Position numbers and translations under genes: made by a program. A DNA stretch of 64,000 bases, taken from NCBI GenBank assembly GCA_963674965.2, contig CAXXFL010000003.1:448001-512000 (forward strand). The letters are read 5' to 3'. This document shows positions 1-9,115 of the stretch, in pieces; the stretch's first letter is position 1, and each line of letters starts with the position of its first letter. The notes beneath the pieces were generated by a model. That model ran no database searches. It saw only the letters and a program-made list of their open reading frames with translations, and was not told where the DNA came from. The DNA comes from a bacterium (lineage in GTDB: Bacteria > RBG-13-61-14 > DATKZS01).

Positions 1-675
1 CTCGTCGGGAGAAATGGCGTGACTCTCGAAGCGGGAGATGATCTTCCTTATCCTCTCGCTCTCCCTGTTCACCCCCAGGATTTCCACCGAATGCTTGATC
101 GGGGTGTCCACCGCGCCGGGGCAGACGGCGGTCACGCCCACGTTGTGTTGCATGAGGTCGTAGCGGAGCACCTCGGACAGGCCAAGGAGTCCCCACTTGG
201 TGGTCGAGTACGCCGCGTGCCAGGGCGCGCCGGTCAAGCCGGCGGTGGAGGAAATATTCACCAGGTGTCCCTTCCTCGCCCGGATCATCTCCGGCAGGAA
301 ACACTCGATACCGTGTATCGGGCCCCACAGGTTGACGTTTATCACTTTCCTCCAATGCTCATGCGTCATGTCCTCGACCAGCGCGAAAAGGGCGATGCCC
401 GCGTTGTTGACGAGGACGTCAAGGGGGCCAAGCTCCGCGTGGACCTTGTCGGCGAAGGACTTCACGTCATCATAGCTCGAGATATCGAAGGTCGCCCAGA
501 GGCTGACCTCCCCGCCGCCTTGCTCGACGAGACGGACCGTTTCCTCGAGTCCCGGCGCGTTTATATCGGTAAGGATCAAACGCGCGCCCCTCTTTCCCAT
601 GGCCAGGGCCGTCGACCTTCCAATGCCCCCGGCCGCGCCGGTGATAAAAACCTTGCTTCCCTTGGAAAGACGCAT
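1..675 (-). CDS. Short-chain dehydrogenase/reductase (SDR), 3' end runs off the window
   Basis: Not in the ORF track; translated by hand on the minus strand from ATG at 675 (SD AAGGAG): MRLSKGSKVFITGAAGGIG, NNAG, NISS, YSTTK (YxxxK), CPGAVDT. Confidence 0.93.
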   Translation of the reverse strand, partial: MRLSKGSKVFITGAAGGIGRSTALAMGKRGARLILTDINAPGLEETVRLVEQGGGEVSLWATFDISSYDDVKSFADKVHAELGPLDVLVNNAGIALFALVEDMTHEHWRKVINVNLWGPIHGIECFLPEMIRARKGHLVNISSTAGLTGAPWHAAYSTTKWGLLGLSEVLRYDLMQHNVGVTAVCPGAVDTPIKHSVEILGVNRESERIRKIISRFESHAISPDE

Positions 676-752
676 GCTTATCTCCTTAAAGTCAAGTCCT
701 GAAAGGTTTGTTGGACGCTTTAGAGTTTCCCATTGCCCGCAATAATTTTTCC

Positions 753-812
753 TTGACATTGATTAAATATTTTTATAAAATTGATCTTATCAATTAAGGA
801 TAAATATGTCAA
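753..812. promoter_or_regulatory. Overlapping divergent sigma70 promoters with central 7-3-7 palindrome
   Basis: Plus strand: TTGACA(753-758)-17nt-TAAAAT(776-781). Minus strand: TTGACA(812-807)-17nt-TAAGAT(789-784). AATTGAT-CTT-ATCAATT at 779-795. Confidence 0.8.
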
Positions 813-1060
813 GAAAAAAGGGCCGTTTTAATGAACATCCGTAAAAGCCCCCCATTTGGAATGCGGCGGCTCGACGCCGCTTTTCTTCCGAGCGGCTTGA
901 CGCGAGGCAAGCGGTTGTATTGCCAGGCCGTGTCAAGCCAAGGCCATCGAAAGCGGTATTAAACGACCGCGGTCCAAAGCGGCTTTGCCGCCAAGAAAAG
1001 GCCTTTTGCAAGAAGCTCGAAAAAAATGAACCATGGATAAGATTTAAAACGGAGAGATAT

Positions 1061-1825
1061 ATGAGCGGTCCCCAGCGACATGAGACGGTTGTTAACGCCC
1101 TGATAAAAAAGATTTTCCTCGGCCACCTCAGGCCCGACGCCAAGCTTCCCCCGGAAAAAAAGCTCTCCCAGGAGATGGAGATCGACCGGACCTCGCTTCG
1201 CCTCGGGCTCAAGCGGCTCGAGTCCATGAAGGTCCTTACCATCCGCCAGGGAGACGGCATTTACGTACGGGATTACTTGAAGAACGCGGGCCTGGATTTT
1301 CTCTCCGCCGCCTTTGAGTACTCCGAGGATGAAAGGGGCCGGATCGAGATCGACCCGTACCTTCTGGACGAGATCTGGGAGTTCTGGATCATGTTCTTTC
1401 CGCCCGTCATCCGGCTTGCCTTGAAGCGCGGCTCCACCCGCGATCTCAAGGACCTGGTCGACATCGTGGCCGGCCAGGAGGAGGCCGCGGCCGTCCTGGA
1501 CCGCAAAAGGGTCGCCGAGCTGGGTATCGAGCTTCAGGACCGGGTCGCTGGGGTAGTCAACAACACCCTCGTTATTTTGCTTTTCAATTCCTGCCGTCCC
1601 CTCAGGAGGAGGATCATGGAGATGCTCTTCGAGTCGATGGGCAAAGAGGATTTGCTGGAGGTGATAAACGGGCAGAAGGCCTTCCTCCAGGCGGCCATCG
1701 CCGGGGGGGAGGACGAGGTGGAAAAGGGACTTGAGGCGCTTACGGCCAAGTACGAGTCATATCGTAAAAGGACGCGGGAGGCAATGAGGGAGTCTCTGGG
1801 CGTCCTTTCGCCCAAGCCTGACTAA
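1061..1825 (+). CDS. GntR/FadR-family transcriptional regulator
   Basis: N-terminal wHTH (LRPDAKLPPEKKLSQEMEIDRTSLR...RQGDGIYV) and helical FCD-like C-terminus; start moved to ATG 1061 behind GGAG. Confidence 0.9.
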   Translation: MSGPQRHETVVNALIKKIFLGHLRPDAKLPPEKKLSQEMEIDRTSLRLGLKRLESMKVLTIRQGDGIYVRDYLKNAGLDFLSAAFEYSEDERGRIEIDPYLLDEIWEFWIMFFPPVIRLALKRGSTRDLKDLVDIVAGQEEAAAVLDRKRVAELGIELQDRVAGVVNNTLVILLFNSCRPLRRRIMEMLFESMGKEDLLEVINGQKAFLQAAIAGGEDEVEKGLEALTAKYESYRKRTREAMRESLGVLSPKPD

Positions 1826-1850
1826 GGGCCCCGGGTCTAAGGAGGACCGC

Positions 1851-2501
1851 ATGAAACATATCGGACTTATACTCTCGATATTGGCCGCCCTCGCCCTGGC
1901 GTGGGGGGCGGGCGCCGAAAATAACGAAAAGAAGACGGAAGCCTCGCCCCTTGGCCGGCTATCGCCCGAGCATCAAAAGCTCCTCCTCGCGGGGGAGAGG
2001 GTCTACCTGCCCAAGGTGGTGGAGGAAAAGGGCGAGAAGCGATTCAGCGCCGCGGCCATGATCATCGTGGACAAGCCCGTTGATGATTGCTTCAAACTGT
2101 TTTGCCAGTTCGAGAAGCAGTACATGTACTTTCCCAAGATCACGAAGAGCGAGGTCCTGTCCAAGTCGGAGGACCGCGTGGTGATCTACAAGGAGGCCGA
2201 TATCTCGATCACCACCATCAGCTACACCCATATTCTCGAGATCGACCAAAAGGACCACCGCGTGGATTTTTCCACCGACCCCTCGGGTAAGAACACCATC
2301 AATTTCTCGAGGGGCTTTTTCCAGTTCGAGAAAATAGACGACAAACGGTCCCTCTTCACTTACGAGCTGACCGAGATCGACCCGGGCGTGGACGTGCCCC
2401 AGTTCATCCAGAAATTCTTCACCTCGCGGGAGTTGCCCGCCATGGTGGTCAACCTCAAAAAATGGATCGAGTCCGACGGGACCTGGAAAAGGGAAGACTG
2501 A
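1851..2501 (+). CDS. Secreted SRPBCC/START-domain (lipid-binding) protein
   Basis: Signal peptide; START-like pattern (IIVDKPVDDCF...YFPKITKSEVL; G-F-F-Q-F; DPGVDVPQFI); SD AAGGAGG. Confidence 0.75.
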   Translation: MKHIGLILSILAALALAWGAGAENNEKKTEASPLGRLSPEHQKLLLAGERVYLPKVVEEKGEKRFSAAAMIIVDKPVDDCFKLFCQFEKQYMYFPKITKSEVLSKSEDRVVIYKEADISITTISYTHILEIDQKDHRVDFSTDPSGKNTINFSRGFFQFEKIDDKRSLFTYELTEIDPGVDVPQFIQKFFTSRELPAMVVNLKKWIESDGTWKRED

Positions 2502-2517
2502 ACGCGGCCGCCTCGGC

Positions 2518-3633
2518 TTATCTTTTCAGCCTCACCTTGAGCCCCGACAAGGCGATGGAGGGCGCCAGCCTTACGCCCAGGGTGGCGAAGGACTTGGAGG
2601 GGGCCTGGTAGTCGGGGTTGTCCGCAAGCTCGATGGCCTTCTGCTTGCAAACGGGAACGCAGGCGCCGCAGCCGATGCATTTTTGCGGGTCGTACTCGTG
2701 TTTTTTATCCTTTATTTGATGGGCGTGGGTGTTGCACGCCTTGACGCACTTGCCGCAGAGGTTGCACTTCGTCTCGTCCACCTTGGCCAGGAAACGGGGA
2801 CGGGCCATGAGGGGCTTGCCGCCGTAATGGTTGACCGCCTCAAGGAAATGGCAACAGCAGTCGCAGCAGGTGCAGATGGCGTTGGGGCTGGAGGGCGACA
2901 CGTTGGCCGTCATAAACACGAGGCCCTTTTCCCATCTCTCGTCCGCGACGTCCTTCATCTTCTCTCGGTCCACCTGGACCCCGTTGCCCCGCTCGGCCGT
3001 GGACTCGGCGAAGCTTCCGAACACGAGACAGCCGTCCTCCGGCCTGGCCCGGCGGCACTCCTTTTCCGTGAACCGCGTGGACTGGCGGCACTGGCAGACG
3101 TTCAAGATGGCGAAACGGTCGTGGGCCTCGATCATCTCAGAGACCAGCTCCGAGTCGAGCACCTGGTTTTTGGTCTCGACCACGCTTTGCACCGGTATGT
3201 TCCTGATGGCGGGGGAGGAAGGGCCTATGTACTCCCGGGTGTAGCCGCTCGAGTAAACGTCGATCAGGAGCCTGGCGTATTCCCTGTACCATTCGTCGTC
3301 GTCACCCCGCATGAGCAGGTACTCGAACATGCCCGGGATGAGAGGCAAAAGGGAGTAGCCCTTTTCGCCGCCGTAAATGGTCCTTCTCGCGGCCATCGAG
3401 TCAAGGACTGGCCTTATCTCGTCGGGGTCCCTTTTCAGCTTGGCCGCAATCTTCAAAAGGGGCCTCGGGTAATAATAAGGAAGGGCCCTGGCCAGGACCG
3501 CCTCCTCGGGTGTGAAAAGGTGAGCCACCAGCCGGACCAGCTTGTCGTTCATGGGAGGACCAAGCAGCAAAACGGAACTGAAAATCCTGGCCAGTTCCAC
3601 CTGGGCCGGATGAAAAACTTTTTCCTCGCTCAT
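2518..3633 (-). CDS. 4Fe-4S dicluster binding protein
   Basis: CQCR, CTCCDCCC and two ferredoxin motifs (CNLCGKCVKAC, CIGCGACVPVC); start reassigned to MSEEK at 3633 (SD AAGGAG) to avoid overlap with the photolyase. Confidence 0.85.
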   Translation of the reverse strand: MSEEKVFHPAQVELARIFSSVLLLGPPMNDKLVRLVAHLFTPEEAVLARALPYYYPRPLLKIAAKLKRDPDEIRPVLDSMAARRTIYGGEKGYSLLPLIPGMFEYLLMRGDDDEWYREYARLLIDVYSSGYTREYIGPSSPAIRNIPVQSVVETKNQVLDSELVSEMIEAHDRFAILNVCQCRQSTRFTEKECRRARPEDGCLVFGSFAESTAERGNGVQVDREKMKDVADERWEKGLVFMTANVSPSSPNAICTCCDCCCHFLEAVNHYGGKPLMARPRFLAKVDETKCNLCGKCVKACNTHAHQIKDKKHEYDPQKCIGCGACVPVCKQKAIELADNPDYQAPSKSFATLGVRLAPSIALSGLKVRLKR

Positions 3634-3774
3634 GCCGTCTCCTTCTTTTTGCGCCGCTTCCCTCCAGCCCCTCCGCCCGGGCCGGACCCCTATATCTTTT
3701 TGCGCCCATTGTTTTTTTCCATTTGCATTGAGGAAAAAACGCGGAGCGGTTAAAATGTTATTACATGGAGAGGA

Positions 3775-5133
3775 ATGAATCCAGCCAGGCTGCATAAGAT
3801 TCAAGAAGGCGTCCCAGGCAACGGCCCGGTCGTTTACTGGATGAGCCGGGACCAGCGCGTGGGAGACAACTGGGCGCTCATCCACGCCCAGGAGACGGCC
3901 CTCCAAATGGAACGGCCCCTGGTCGCCATCTTTTGTCTCTCGACCTCCTTTCTCGGCGCCGCGGCCCGTCAGTACCTTTTCATGCTCGAGGGCCTGGCCG
4001 AGGTCGAGAAGGGCCTGGGCCGTCTCGACGTGGACTTCATCCTCCTTTTCGGCCGACCCGGCGACCGGATACCCCGGTACCTCGAGAACGTTGACGCGTC
4101 CCTTTTAGTGACGGACTTCGATCCCCTCAAGGTTAAGGCCAGGTGGCGCCTCGAGGTGGCCCGGACCGTCCGCGTTCCCTTCCACGAGGTGGACGCCCAT
4201 AACGTGGTTCCCTGCCGCCGCGTCTCGGACAAGGCCGAGTACGGCGCCTATACCATACGGCCCAAGATCGAGCGTCTGCTCGATGAGTTTCTCGATCCCT
4301 TTCCCCGCCTGAAAAAGCACCCTTACCCTTTCATCGGGTCCAGGCGGTCGGTCGACTGGAGCGCGGCGGCCGAGGGTCTCGAGGTTGACTCCTTTCCCGG
4401 CAAGGTGGACTGGATAAAGCCCGGCGAAGTCGAGGCGAAAAAAGCCCTGAGGAAGTTCATCAAGACGGGCCTCGCCTCTTACGGCGAGAGCCGAAACGAT
4501 CCGAACTTGAACGGCCAGTCCAACTTGTCGCCTTATTTCCATTTCGGCCATCTCTCGGCCCAGCGGGCGGCCATGGAGGTCCTGGCCTCCAAGGCCCCGG
4601 ACCAGGCCAGGCGTGACTTCATCGAGGAGTTGGTGATAAGGCGGGAGTTGGCGGACAACTTCTGCCTTTACAACCGCCATTACGACTCGGTGGAGGGCTT
4701 TCCCAACTGGGCGCGTCAAACCCTGGCCGACCACCATGAGGATCCCCGCGAATACTTCTACGAGATGGATTTGCTCGATCGAGGCAAGACCCACGACGAG
4801 CTTTGGAACGCGGCCCAACTGCAGATGGTCAAAACCGGCAAGATGCACGGCTACGCTCGCATGTACTGGGCCAAGAAAATCCTCGAGTGGTCGCCCAACC
4901 CGGAGAGCGCCCTCGCCGCCGCCATTCACCTCAACGACCGCTATTCTCTCGACGGCCGCGACCCAAACGGTTACGCCGGCGTGGCCTGGAGCATCGGCGG
5001 CCTACACGACCGGCCCTGGAAGGAAAGGCCCGTCTTCGGCAAGATACGGTACATGAACCTCAAGGGCGCGAAAAGAAAGTTCGACGTCGAGCGTTACGTG
5101 AAGACCTGGGCCGGCGAGGCAAAAGAGGACTAA
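3775..5133 (+). CDS. phrB: Class II CPD deoxyribodipyrimidine photolyase
   Basis: VVYWMSRDQRVGDNWAL, VDAHNVVP, SNLSPYFHFG, RRELADNFC, GKMHGYARMYWAKKILEW, DGRDPNGY. Confidence 0.96.
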   Translation: MNPARLHKIQEGVPGNGPVVYWMSRDQRVGDNWALIHAQETALQMERPLVAIFCLSTSFLGAAARQYLFMLEGLAEVEKGLGRLDVDFILLFGRPGDRIPRYLENVDASLLVTDFDPLKVKARWRLEVARTVRVPFHEVDAHNVVPCRRVSDKAEYGAYTIRPKIERLLDEFLDPFPRLKKHPYPFIGSRRSVDWSAAAEGLEVDSFPGKVDWIKPGEVEAKKALRKFIKTGLASYGESRNDPNLNGQSNLSPYFHFGHLSAQRAAMEVLASKAPDQARRDFIEELVIRRELADNFCLYNRHYDSVEGFPNWARQTLADHHEDPREYFYEMDLLDRGKTHDELWNAAQLQMVKTGKMHGYARMYWAKKILEWSPNPESALAAAIHLNDRYSLDGRDPNGYAGVAWSIGGLHDRPWKERPVFGKIRYMNLKGAKRKFDVERYVKTWAGEAKED

Positions 5134-7328
5134 TCCCGGCGCGGGGCCAGGGCCTTTCTCATCGAGACGGCAATAAGACAAACGATGGTGGACAGGGAGG
5201 ACCAAAGGCCCAGGCGAAACGCTTGGGGCCGATAGGTCATGACCACGCGGCCCTCGCCCGCCTCGAGATTGACCGCCCTGAAGACGTCGTCCCAGGGATG
5301 AATGGCCCGCTCCTCGCCTCCCACCTCGGCCTCCCAACCCGGGAAATACAGATCGGAAAGGACCAGCTCGGCCGGCCCGACCCCTTCCAGCTCGACCCGG
5401 TCGTGGCCGTAGGAGGATATCCTCGCCTCTCCCGTCTCCTCGCCTCGGATAGTCCACGCCCGCGGGTGGGGCGAGACGGCGGCGTAAAGGTTGTAGTCGC
5501 CCTCCTTGATCGGCTTGAAACCCGTGGCCAAAATCGGGCCGTAGGACGCGACGTACTTGACGCCCATCCGGCCAAGAAGCGGATGAGCAAGGTTCTCGGG
5601 CGAGACGTCGAAGCTCCATCCATGGCTGAAGAAGTTCTCCACCGCCCGGTCCATGCCGAAGCCCTCGATCCGGCCCATGGCCTTCACGTAACGATACGGG
5701 TAAAGGCCGTCAAAGGCGCGGAGGTCGTTGACCCCGCTCAAAATGTTCATGCTCTGATGCATCGCGCCGGCTATGCCCGTGAAGCGGGGATGAGTCTCGT
5801 CCAGGGCCGCGGGCCGGAGGACCTCGGGAACGAGAGGATCGCGAAAAGAGAGCATGGCGGGGACCATGGCCGAATTTCGGACCCAGCCAAGAGATAAAAG
5901 CGACAGCTCGAGGACCAGGATGAAGGCCAGGACCGGGGCCAGCCGTCCGGCCGAGCGGGACGTCCCGCTACGCCTGGCCCGAGCGTGGCGAACGATAAAG
6001 GCGCCCGCCAGGCAAAGGCTCAAGAAGGGAGTCATGAACCCGCCCGGCTCCATGCCCCCCAGCCGGGACCTCGCGAAAAGGGCGCCGCCGAACAAGAGCA
6101 ACCCGACGGCGGCCATGGCGACGGAAACGGCCTTCCGGTTCGCCGCCCCCCTCGAGACCCGGTCCACCCCCGCGCCCGCCAGCGTGGCCAGGCAAAGACT
6201 GAAGCAGAACATGGCGAACTTGGCGTTGCCGCTGCGGTTGAAAGGCGGGACCTCGGCGAGGAGCCCGAGCGGCCGCAGGCCGTACACCAGGGAAAGGGAC
6301 AGCGCGCCGAAGCCGATAAAGAAGAGCGACCACCGGGACTGGCCAAAGGGACGCGCCGCGGCGGTCAGGGCCAGCATGAGAGCGGCCGCCCCCGCGTAAG
6401 TGGCGCTGGTGACCCGGGCCGGACTCGCCCCGGAGGGACCGGACAGCCAGGGGGCCGCCAGGCTCCAGACGTATTTTACGTCAAAGGGCGCCAGCTTATG
6501 CAGGTTGGGATCGTGGATATGGAAGCCCTGGCCCAGGTACTCGATGAAGGGAAGGCCCTGGACCAGACAGAGAAGGCCGCCCAGGATGAAGGGCGCGAAA
6601 AAAGCGGGCGCCAGCCAGGAGAGGCCCTCGCCGGCGAGGGAGAAGAAATCGCCCGGGCCGGACGGCCTTTGGTATTTCCGGAAACTCGCGTGGAACAAGG
6701 CGAAGACAAAGACCATGAACGCCGCGTAAAAGACGGCCTCGGGGTTGCCCCCCCCAAAGACCAGACACCAGGCCGCGCCCGAGAAGATGAAGGAAAAAAG
6801 CGTAAACCCCCGGCGCCGTCCCTCCACGATCAGATAAAGAAGGAAGGGGACCCAGACCTCGGAGTTGACGTTCACCATGTTCACGTGCTTCATCATGTAG
6901 CCGGAAAGGGCGATGGCCGCTCCCGAGGCCGCCGCTCCCGCTCGGGAAAGACCAAGCGACCTCGCGAGCAGGAAAGTGAAGGTCCCCAAAAGACCGAGGC
7001 GAAAAAGGACCATAAGGTCCAGCGCCCGGGGATCGGGCCAGATGAAGTAGGGCCATTTGAGGGGTTGGAACACCGAACTCTGAAGGTTGGCCAGGTGCGG
7101 CATGCCCAGGCCCGAGAGGTCGTTCCACAAGGGAAAGCGGCCGGACCTCAAGATACGCGCCGATAAAAGGTCCCAGGGAAAAAAGCTGTAACGCGCCGCC
7201 GGGTCCTCGATGATGGCCGTGTAAAGGTAGTGGCCCGAGGAAAGGGCCTCCCGATGGATAAGCGCGAGCGCCGCCAAAAGGGCGAGAAAAAAAAGACCGG
7301 CCTCGTGGCGACGCTTCATCGGGTCCAT
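5130..7328 (-). CDS. YfhO-family (GT-C-like) polytopic membrane protein
   Basis: GRFPLWNDLSGLGMPHLAN, many TM helices, C-terminal LVLSDLYFPGWEAEVGG...FRAV...YRP typical of YfhO; start uncertain (7328 or 7319). Confidence 0.8.
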   Translation of the reverse strand: MDPMKRRHEAGLFFLALLAALALIHREALSSGHYLYTAIIEDPAARYSFFPWDLLSARILRSGRFPLWNDLSGLGMPHLANLQSSVFQPLKWPYFIWPDPRALDLMVLFRLGLLGTFTFLLARSLGLSRAGAAASGAAIALSGYMMKHVNMVNVNSEVWVPFLLYLIVEGRRRGFTLFSFIFSGAAWCLVFGGGNPEAVFYAAFMVFVFALFHASFRKYQRPSGPGDFFSLAGEGLSWLAPAFFAPFILGGLLCLVQGLPFIEYLGQGFHIHDPNLHKLAPFDVKYVWSLAAPWLSGPSGASPARVTSATYAGAAALMLALTAAARPFGQSRWSLFFIGFGALSLSLVYGLRPLGLLAEVPPFNRSGNAKFAMFCFSLCLATLAGAGVDRVSRGAANRKAVSVAMAAVGLLLFGGALFARSRLGGMEPGGFMTPFLSLCLAGAFIVRHARARRSGTSRSAGRLAPVLAFILVLELSLLSLGWVRNSAMVPAMLSFRDPLVPEVLRPAALDETHPRFTGIAGAMHQSMNILSGVNDLRAFDGLYPYRYVKAMGRIEGFGMDRAVENFFSHGWSFDVSPENLAHPLLGRMGVKYVASYGPILATGFKPIKEGDYNLYAAVSPHPRAWTIRGEETGEARISSYGHDRVELEGVGPAELVLSDLYFPGWEAEVGGEERAIHPWDDVFRAVNLEAGEGRVVMTYRPQAFRLGLWSSLSTIVCLIAVSMRKALAPRRD

Positions 7329-7519
7329 TAAAGCCCATACCCGCCCGGCCTGCAAACGGGAACGCCCGCAGCCGCCGGGGCGTTGGCGCTCGATTCGAAA
7401 AAGTCGCGCTGGAAATGGACCTTTCCTTTCTCTTTTGTTTTCCAATGAAGATGAGGTTGAGGGGCGCTGGAGAGTTTATCTTAATATTTCGTCCTTTTGT
7501 AAAAAATTGAAGTTGCCCC

Positions 7520-7577
7520 TTGAAATAACGAGCGTTATTTAGTATGTAATTACTCTACGGTCGAAAAACGATCGTTA
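7520..7577 (+). promoter_or_regulatory. Promoter with palindromic operator candidates upstream of the 7722-14763 operon
   Basis: TTGAAA at 7520; perfect AAATAACG-AG-CGTTATTT at 7523-7540; related AACG-AT-CGTT at 7567-7576. Confidence 0.6.
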
Positions 7578-7721
7578 TCCGGGGAGAAGGAAAACTACTT
7601 TTTCATCAGTAAGGGCGGGGGCAAGGTCCTCCCAGCGGCCGGCGGGCCGGGGCGGTAAAGGGATGGACTCGCGAGAAGTGGACAATAGCCGCGAAAGCGG
7701 AAAAACAAAAGGAACATAACC

Positions 7722-9062
7722 ATGCCGAGAAAAAATCATTCGTCGAAAAAGGCGCCGGCCTTTATCCTGGCGCTGGGGGCCGCGCTGCTTTTCGCCGGAA
7801 GCCCGGCGAGGACGGACGAGACCGGGGCGAAAATGACCATAGGCCGGATCATGGACCAGGTCGTCATACAAGGGTCCAGACTCGAGGCGACCGATGGGAC
7901 CGAGATCGGTTCCCTTCGGCTCATGGCCTTCAAGGACGGCGCGGCCCAATGCGTGCCCTTTCAAATCGACGAGAAGACCAAGGCCGGCGACTACGTGATG
8001 GAGCGGCCAAACGGCAAAAAGGACAAGGACGACGGCAAGCTCGACGCCAACGACGAGTTGGTCTTCATGGCCCACGACGCGGGGGACAAGGGCGACCCCG
8101 CCTCCTCCCTGGAAAACGTCTCGGCCGTTAGCGAGGTTTGCCTCAAGGACCCGAGGAACGGGGCCTCGGGCTGGGCCTACCTGGTGGCCTTCTCGGCCGA
8201 CCCTCCTCCCCTCTCCTCCGTGAGCTACATGAAGTACGAGGAAAAGAAAAACTACGACGAGCTGACCACTCCCTACTACGTCCTCCATTTTCCCAAGAAC
8301 AACGTGTTCATCTCGGACATCATAATCACGCCCGAGGCGGGAGGCAACGGCAAGGACATCATGGACAGGATCAAGATGCGCTCGGGCCTGTCCGCTTTGG
8401 GCGGGGTGGTGGAGATCGAGCGGAACGAGGACGACTTCGTCCATGAAATCCTGGGCGTGTCGCGCGGCCCGGTCAGGATCATCCGCCAGACCTCGACCCG
8501 GATCGTGCTCCTTCTCAGCCTCAAGTCGCCCTCCGTGATCGTCAACGGCAGCTTCTATCCTTGTTCCTTCGAGTTTCCCAGCATGCTCAGCCTGCCCTTC
8601 CGGATGGACATGGTGGCGAGCGACGCCTTTATCCGGCAGGGCTGGGACCTGACCCTCAACGCCAAGGGCCTCAAGTTCTACACCAGCATCAACCCGGACA
8701 AGCCGGTGATCATGGACGGCAAGATGTCGCCCGAGGAGGAGGAACTGGCCAAAAGCCGCGATACCCTTCAATGGGCCCTGGGCACGGGCGAGACGGGAAC
8801 CTTTTTATTCAAGGGCGTCTGGGACGAGTCTTCTCCCATCTCGGCGCTTCTTTACTATGAGGACGACCTGGAGCGCCTCGAGCCTCCCGAGGAAGTACCG
8901 GGGGTCATGGGCTTCGCCTACCGCCTGGAGGACCTCCTGAAAATGGGGGGCGAGGAATACCCCTTTAACATCGTCAACTACGTGGTGCCCAATTTTAACG
9001 GCGACATCGACGACGCCCTGGCCGTGTTCGACCATCCGCTCGAGGTCAAGGTGAAGAACTGA
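7722..9062 (+). CDS. Secreted hypothetical protein
   Basis: Signal peptide, strong coding-like codon usage, PFQIDE motif, DDGKLDANDE Ca-binding-like loop; no recognisable family. Confidence 0.7.
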   Translation: MPRKNHSSKKAPAFILALGAALLFAGSPARTDETGAKMTIGRIMDQVVIQGSRLEATDGTEIGSLRLMAFKDGAAQCVPFQIDEKTKAGDYVMERPNGKKDKDDGKLDANDELVFMAHDAGDKGDPASSLENVSAVSEVCLKDPRNGASGWAYLVAFSADPPPLSSVSYMKYEEKKNYDELTTPYYVLHFPKNNVFISDIIITPEAGGNGKDIMDRIKMRSGLSALGGVVEIERNEDDFVHEILGVSRGPVRIIRQTSTRIVLLLSLKSPSVIVNGSFYPCSFEFPSMLSLPFRMDMVASDAFIRQGWDLTLNAKGLKFYTSINPDKPVIMDGKMSPEEEELAKSRDTLQWALGTGETGTFLFKGVWDESSPISALLYYEDDLERLEPPEEVPGVMGFAYRLEDLLKMGGEEYPFNIVNYVVPNFNGDIDDALAVFDHPLEVKVKN

Positions 9063-9115
9063 ATGGAGGCGACCCCGCCTCCCGCTCCGGCCCGGCCGGA
9101 GGACGAAGGAAAGAC

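Noticed and set aside
19-702. Plus-strand 227-aa ORF
   Set aside because: Antisense shadow of the minus-strand SDR, which has all family motifs and an SD.
781-793. FNR box
   Set aside because: Spacer is 3 nt rather than 4; better explained as a GntR/FadR-type operator.
920-1060. N-terminal extension of the GntR ORF
   Set aside because: The wHTH begins right after ATG 1061, which has an SD; the upstream part looks non-coding.
3775-5133. Photolyase as an anomaly in an anaerobe
   Set aside because: Class II photolyases are well known in anaerobes such as Methanosarcina; not unusual.
7580-7721. Possible riboswitch in the leader (CCGC-GAAA-GCGG hairpin)
   Set aside because: Only one short GNRA hairpin; no recognisable c-di-GMP, cobalamin or SAM consensus. 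An Rfam scan would be needed.
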